A stretch of 56,789 nt of DNA from contig NW_026858980.1 in assembly GCF_026571515.1 (NCBI RefSeq), positions 1 through 56,789 on the forward strand. The letters are read 5' to 3'. The stretch comes from Ruditapes philippinarum. Taxonomy: Eukaryota. The position numbers and the translations under genes were made by a program. A model generated the notes under the pieces. That model ran no database searches, was not told the origin of the DNA, and was given only the letters and a program-made list of their open reading frames with translations. This document shows, piece after piece, positions 50,908 to 56,789 of this stretch (within the stretch, counting starts at the first letter, position 1; every line of letters starts with the position of its first letter).

Positions 50908-53900
50908 TGTATTTCTGAAATAAAAACAAATATTTTAAATGTACAATCCAAAAAAAAGAAGAAAAAATATGTATTGTGAATGTTCCGAAACACCGGAGTT
51001 TAAACAAAACTGACATTTAAACAACTATTTATCAACCCGGACGTTTTAGTACAATAACATAGTTAATCACGTCGTTATTAATGTAACTTTCACATATACC
51101 ACTCTCATCAATGTCTTTTAATTTTGTGAAGTGACAAATTGTGTGACGTGCATTTTACATGTGGTACGAGGAACCAGATACAATACTCGTTTTACTTAAA
51201 AAATTTCTGTTTGGCATGACAGTGAAATCGGCTAGGTAAACTGAAAATTAAAATTGCATTATCACGTGTTCTGACTATTTTTCAGAATCATGATTAACCT
51301 CGATTTTATATGTTAATTTTCTTTTTAGTTTTTATATGAACTACATGTATTTAAAAAATAATTAAGTTGACATCTTTATTTGCTAATTGATATATTTCCA
51401 CATTTTTACAATTATTTCAGTGTCAGGTATGCAATCGTAAGCAAAAATCTTTTCCATACTTTTTTATGGCAATCTTGGTCACAAAAAAGGCATTTTATTT
51501 TATACTTTAAACTAACTCGGTATTGCCTATGAACTTCTACATTTTTATGTAGGGCGTTGCTCTTTTGTCCAACGCATTGGATTATCGATATATTATAAAA
51601 ATACTTCTCTCAGTTGAATATCATTTTATGTTCATGCCTACATGATTTCAGAAATATGACTGTTAGTGAATACATACTGAGATTTTAAATAGGAGACGGT
51701 GGGTTATTGATTATTGAAGTTTGATCTATAGGTAGTCTACTGCTAGTTGTAAATAATGTAATATACATGTTTATACACATATATATTTACCGTATTTTTT
51801 AATTGTTCATCATGTGAAGCAGATGTACATGTATGATATATTGTTATATTTACTCTAAGTTACTATAATCAAATCGATTATCACAAGTTATCTATTTTAT
51901 ATATTGAAAATATTACATTACAACGACAAAATAAATAAATCAAAACATTAAACTTACCTTCGTATACAGTTATAAAGCTTAAATAAATATATCACGCAAA
52001 TTATAGTCCTTTAAACCAAATCTCTACAATGGTTAATATATAGTTAATAGTTAATATATATTTCACAACAGTTGACAATTTTCTCGTCATTACCTTGGTT
52101 CTATTTATAGAAATTACTAAACGGGTACATAACTTCCGTATTGTAAACGAAAAATAAGAATATAAGATTTAAAAAAGGAAAACAAAAACAAACAAACCCA
52201 TAAACGTCACGTTCGTTTTATAAGCCTTGAAACATAGCATGTAAAATGTGCAAGTATGTATGTATTCTAGGCTTAATGAGGGTTCATCCGCCCTTTCAGG
52301 CTCTGAAAGTACGGACCCCGGACATTCATGAATGTGCAAGTTGAAATAATACATTTTATATATTGTCGGAAATTATTATTTTTATTATTATTATTATTAT
52401 TTTGTCCAATAGGATTGCAGTATTTCAAATGAATCGTAACATATTTACTTGGTAAATCGGCCAACTGTTAATCAGTAAATCGACTGTTTATAAAAACAAT
52501 TTAAAACACTAAGCTGGTTAAAATTTATGTACGTATTTACAAATACCAATTTAATTTTGTAAATACGTACTAATAAACTTTAACCTACACATTGCTAAAG
52601 AAAAATGGTCAATACAATATTGGATTATCTTTTAATTGAGCTATTAATTGAATGCACATAAATTAGATGTTACGGTGCTCCGGCTAAAAAAGCGTCTAAC
52701 TTTCGTTCCCTTCTAAATATCTATCAGGAATTCAAACTCATCGCTGCGGAGAGTTTGTCTGGAAATAGGCATGCCCTGGGCTTTGAACTTATTCTTAAAA
52801 TCTAAAATTTTAGAATAAGTTTAAAGTGTTTAAATAATAAGAATGAAGATCTTTATGAAATGTCATGTCTTAAGTTATTTACATATATATCTTGAAGTCA
52901 GATACGAGAAAACTATTATAAACTTATTGATAGCTACCGAACTAGGCAACAAAATATCAGTATTTTGTAATAATTATCTTACCTCAGAGGTCCAATTAAC
53001 AACATTATTATTTCCAGCATCATGCTTTAATTCATTGGTACTTGATAGAATACAATCATATTTATTTTCGTCATATTACTTTTAAATATTAGAGATTAGA
53101 GGTTTGTGTATCATTTGGTGAAGAATGACTTGTGTACAAAATCTCAGATCAAGATAATCATTTCAATTGTGAAAAACGACTTAATATTGAAAAAGCGTTG
53201 ATTCAAAACGCTTTTTTAACTGAAATCAGGCTACTTCAGAATCATTAAAAAATCAATTTTCAATTCAATAATTTATAACACTTTGCACATCTTGACAATT
53301 CAAATGCACAGGTTTATCTATGTAAGATTTTCAATGTTATGGTTTTAGGCTTTTGGATCTCAATCCAGCTCTTTTAACACATGTAGATATATATCGCATA
53401 AAAAACCTTACCCAGGAACTTTCTAAAATTCAGTATAAAAACCCAATGTAAGAGTAAAAGGCCTTTAAGAGCGGTGCTTCAATTATTGATATAATCTCAA
53501 AGACAAGGATGAAGTTTTAAGCGAATTTCTTCAATTTTTAAAGATATTCATCTTACAAAGGAATGTCCATAAAAAAACAACATATTAGTCAAGATTCATG
53601 TCAGAGTTATGGTTCATGGAAATGCCACCGGTTCAAGGAAAGTGACCTTTATAAACATGTCAAAGACATCAGTATAGTTGTGAACATTTGGCGTGCAAAA
53701 CGCCATCCAAAGAATTTCTAAAGGAATACAGAAAATAATTAAGTCACTTCAGTGACCTTAAAAACATATGTGACCTTTCAAGCAAATGCCTTTAGTGTTT
53801 GATGGATATGAAGTTGCACATAGACGCGACGCCACTCTCTTAATAGTCGGGCTAAATTGACATTTTTTTCTTGCGCTGAGACTATACATGTATGTGTTCC

Positions 53901-53949
53901 TGTCCCAAGCTTGTTGGGACACAATTGCTGGAACTTTTTAATAATTATG

Positions 53950-54130
53950 TATGTTTGTTTGAATTTTACGTCTCATCGACACAGTATACGTCATATTATG
54001 GCGACGGTCCAACTTGATTTGTGGAGGAAGACCTCAGGTGCCCTTCCGTGTATTCAATCAGGCACGAAAGGGCACCTGAGTAGAATCATGGGCTTTCCGT
54101 AAGCTAGCTGGTATAGCGCTAGCTTTCCCA
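53950..54130 (-). mobile_element. SINE body, related to 43600
   Basis: tggaggaagacctcaggtgcccttccgtg..caggcacgaaagggcacctgagtagaa..ttccgtaagctagctgg. Confidence 0.65.
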
Positions 54131-54803
54131 TATGAAAGAATCAAAAGTCAAAATACCACTTTTATGATTTTGCTACTTTTATCATATTTTTCACATTTCG
54201 TGATCAGGTAATAATCATCTAATTTGCTTTTTTGAAAGATATTAAATGCACTCATTTTTAGGACAAAATGTGCCTTTAGAGGTTGCAGGCACGACATATT
54301 ATAAATATTCCGTTACACAAAGAGCAGTTTAACAGACTGATGTTAAACCAGATCAAAATATAAGCAAATTACACTTTATCTAAAATAATTTCTTAAAATA
54401 AGCAGGGTTAAAACTCTAGCATATTATACCATAGCAAGTTAATTAGTATTGAACATACACTTATCTATTATAAATGATATGTATATAATTTATGTATACA
54501 TATCTGATTAAGTGATTATTAATGTCAATTATGATATGAATTTTCAACTAGTTAGATTAAAACGTGTTATTTTGTTAAGCCCACGGAATTAATGCATGCG
54601 AAAATCGTTCATTCGTAGCATTCATTGGACGTCAGGGGAGATAACCAAAGTCATACGCTTATTGCAATCATGTCATGTATTTTGACCTCTGTGGTAAATA
54701 CATAGTACGGTATCGAAAAATCAGTCAGTTGTGACGAAACTGTATGTTTATAACAAACTGTAATATATTTCGGATAGTTAAATACTACAGATTTTAATAA
54801 AAA

Positions 54804-55027
54804 ATGATGGAGTTATCTGAACAAAGTTCAGTGCTTTTTGCACTAGTGGCCGGAGCAACATTTAAATACGCGGCCCTTCGCTGGGTCGGGGGGCAAAGAA
54901 GGCAGTACGTTGGGAAAGTGTCAAAACTTTATGTTTATCCACTGAAATCAGGGAGAGAGTTACCGGGGTGCCTGAAAAAAGTGTCACTGAAACAATATGG
55001 CATTTATACAAATGGAGTTGGGGACAG
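54804..55027 (+). CDS. MTARC: Second mARC/MOSC paralogue, first coding exon; no later exons recognised in the window
   Basis: ATFKYAALRWVGGQRRQYVGKVSKLYVYPLKSGREL..GVGD(R)|GTAAAT; same phase-2 donor position as the 29308 gene. Confidence 0.85.
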
Positions 55028-56552
55028 GTAAATATAAGTTTCGTAACTTTTTTAAAACTCACTGTTTTTGCCGACTTTGATAAACCTTATAGCTTTCATA
55101 TGGTATATTTCATATTCACAAAAAACTATCAGATAGAATCTGGTATATTCATACAAAGTGCATGTAGTTTTATTCTTTGACAATGTTTAATATCATGAGA
55201 AATATAGGAACGACAGTTTAGGAGAAAAGAAAACACACAGCCTTTAAACTTGAATCAGAACGTGAACAGTTTTCATCGACGTGTCATGAGTGAAGAAAAC
55301 GTTAAACACAACTATATAAAGTATTCATAAATCTACTTGTCGAGCTATAAAGTTTGTGTCAGGTAAATGAATCTACATGAGTACACCATGTTCTATTTGA
55401 TAAGATGTATTAGGCTGTAAATATGTTTATTTATAAGTAAAGAGCCGATGAACGGTAAGGGCATACCATAAATTGCTACAGTCCTATCTTTGAATTAAAA
55501 TATATTGCTTTAAGAACAACGGAAATGATCGGGATAACAAAATTTATAAATAATTTGATTTATCACAAATATGATGCTTTTTTCGATCGAATAATCTTTC
55601 TATCCAGTGGCGTACTAAGGTTGAACACATGTAGCCTACACAAGGGTAAACAGCGAGTGAACAGTTAATTATCAGTTTATACAAACATTGGAGCAGTCTT
55701 TTTTATATTTTAGGCCGATTTATATTTTATTCTAGAAACGTTATGCAATACCAACTAATGGTCAATCACAATAATAACAGTCAATCTTTTGAAATAATTA
55801 TTTCGCCAATTCAGCTCAACTTCACAATGAACAAATGAGCATAATGTTTTGTAATGCAGTAAACGCCAAACGATAACGCAATTTTAAGAGGAGTAAATTC
55901 TCAAAGCTCAGTAGATTTATCAGTGTCACTATATAAAGATGCTGGACTAAACAACAACAATAACAAATAAATTCAATTTCAATCAATGCTCCCTAACAAA
56001 TTTAAGAAGTATACTAATTAAGAATTATTTATTTTTAAGAACAACTCTATTTATTACCGTATATACCCATCCTATTACACATGTATGAATTTTAACAAGC
56101 ACATAAACTCAGCACATACATCATGTTAACAATGCCGTGAAGTTTAGGCAATAAAAATACTAACAAACTTGCTCAACAACGAAATATGTTTTTTTCCCGG
56201 ATCTATTTGTATGACAATTATTACGTATGCCACTAATTTTTGCGGCTGTTAATGAGGGTAAAATAATCTCAAAATCTCACATTGATTTATTTCTCTCTAT
56301 ATGCCATTGGATAGAGTTGACATTGTATGTCATTAAAATATCAAATACGAAAGACGTTATTTCCATATTCGTTATGAAGCAGCTATTTCCGATAGAATAT
56401 TAAGTCCAAGAATAACAAATTGAGATCATTTAGATAAAAGGATCTGCCTTGACCTTAAATACAATTACACCAATTGTGAAAACATCTCTAGTTTAACCTA
56501 TAGCTCTTCAGCGCTTCTTATGTAAAATTCTTCCAAGTATAATTTCCAATAA

Positions 56553-56789
56553 CCGTAAATTATACCATACCCAGACTATGGTATAATTTTCAGTTTTGAA
56601 GATCGAAGGAGTAAGTGTTTCTGGGCGGAGCTGTAGGTTAAAACAGATACACCATTGGTGCGTTGACGATTTCTGGGTTTGCGTAAATTATACCATAATC
56701 ACGTGACCTTTCTTATGCAACCTCACTCGACTTCGTCTCGTGAGGTTAAGGCATAAGAAAGGTCTCGTGAGGTTAAGGCATAAGAAAGT
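56553..56789. repeat. Clustered hairpins and direct repeats at the window edge, probably a transposon terminus
   Basis: AAATTATACCATA..TATGGTATAATTT hairpin, CGTAAATTATACCATA repeated at ~56682, two copies of TCTCGTGAGGTTAAGGCATAAGAAAG with an inverted partial copy at ~56706. Confidence 0.55.

Overview
AT-rich, intron-containing eukaryotic DNA. The repeat families suggest a bivalve mollusc (inference). The ORF track fragments the real genes, so I rebuilt them by hand from GT-AG splice sites with consistent phase. Genes: a tandem cluster of three CD225/dispanin-like (IFITM/PRRT-type) membrane-protein genes (two intact, one pseudogene); a complete 7-exon mARC/MOSC gene (-); a 6-exon gene with six C2H2 zinc fingers (+); a PhyH-like 2OG-Fe(II) dioxygenase gene with two coding exons (-); and exon 1 of a second mARC paralogue (+). 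Mobile DNA is dense: a 2.7-kb foldback element with CAC..GTG ends and a 5-bp TSD, a decayed DIRS retrotransposon, a 5'-truncated Penelope element with a hammerhead motif, several Helentron-type non-autonomous elements with internal tandem arrays, a four-level nest of DNA transposons, palindromic MITEs and SINEs. I cannot demonstrate a wholly new biological system from the sequence alone. The best leads are the dispanin cluster, the AGGTCA-rich arrays, the hammerhead, two retroelements at nearly the same paralogous site, and the Transib-like foldback.
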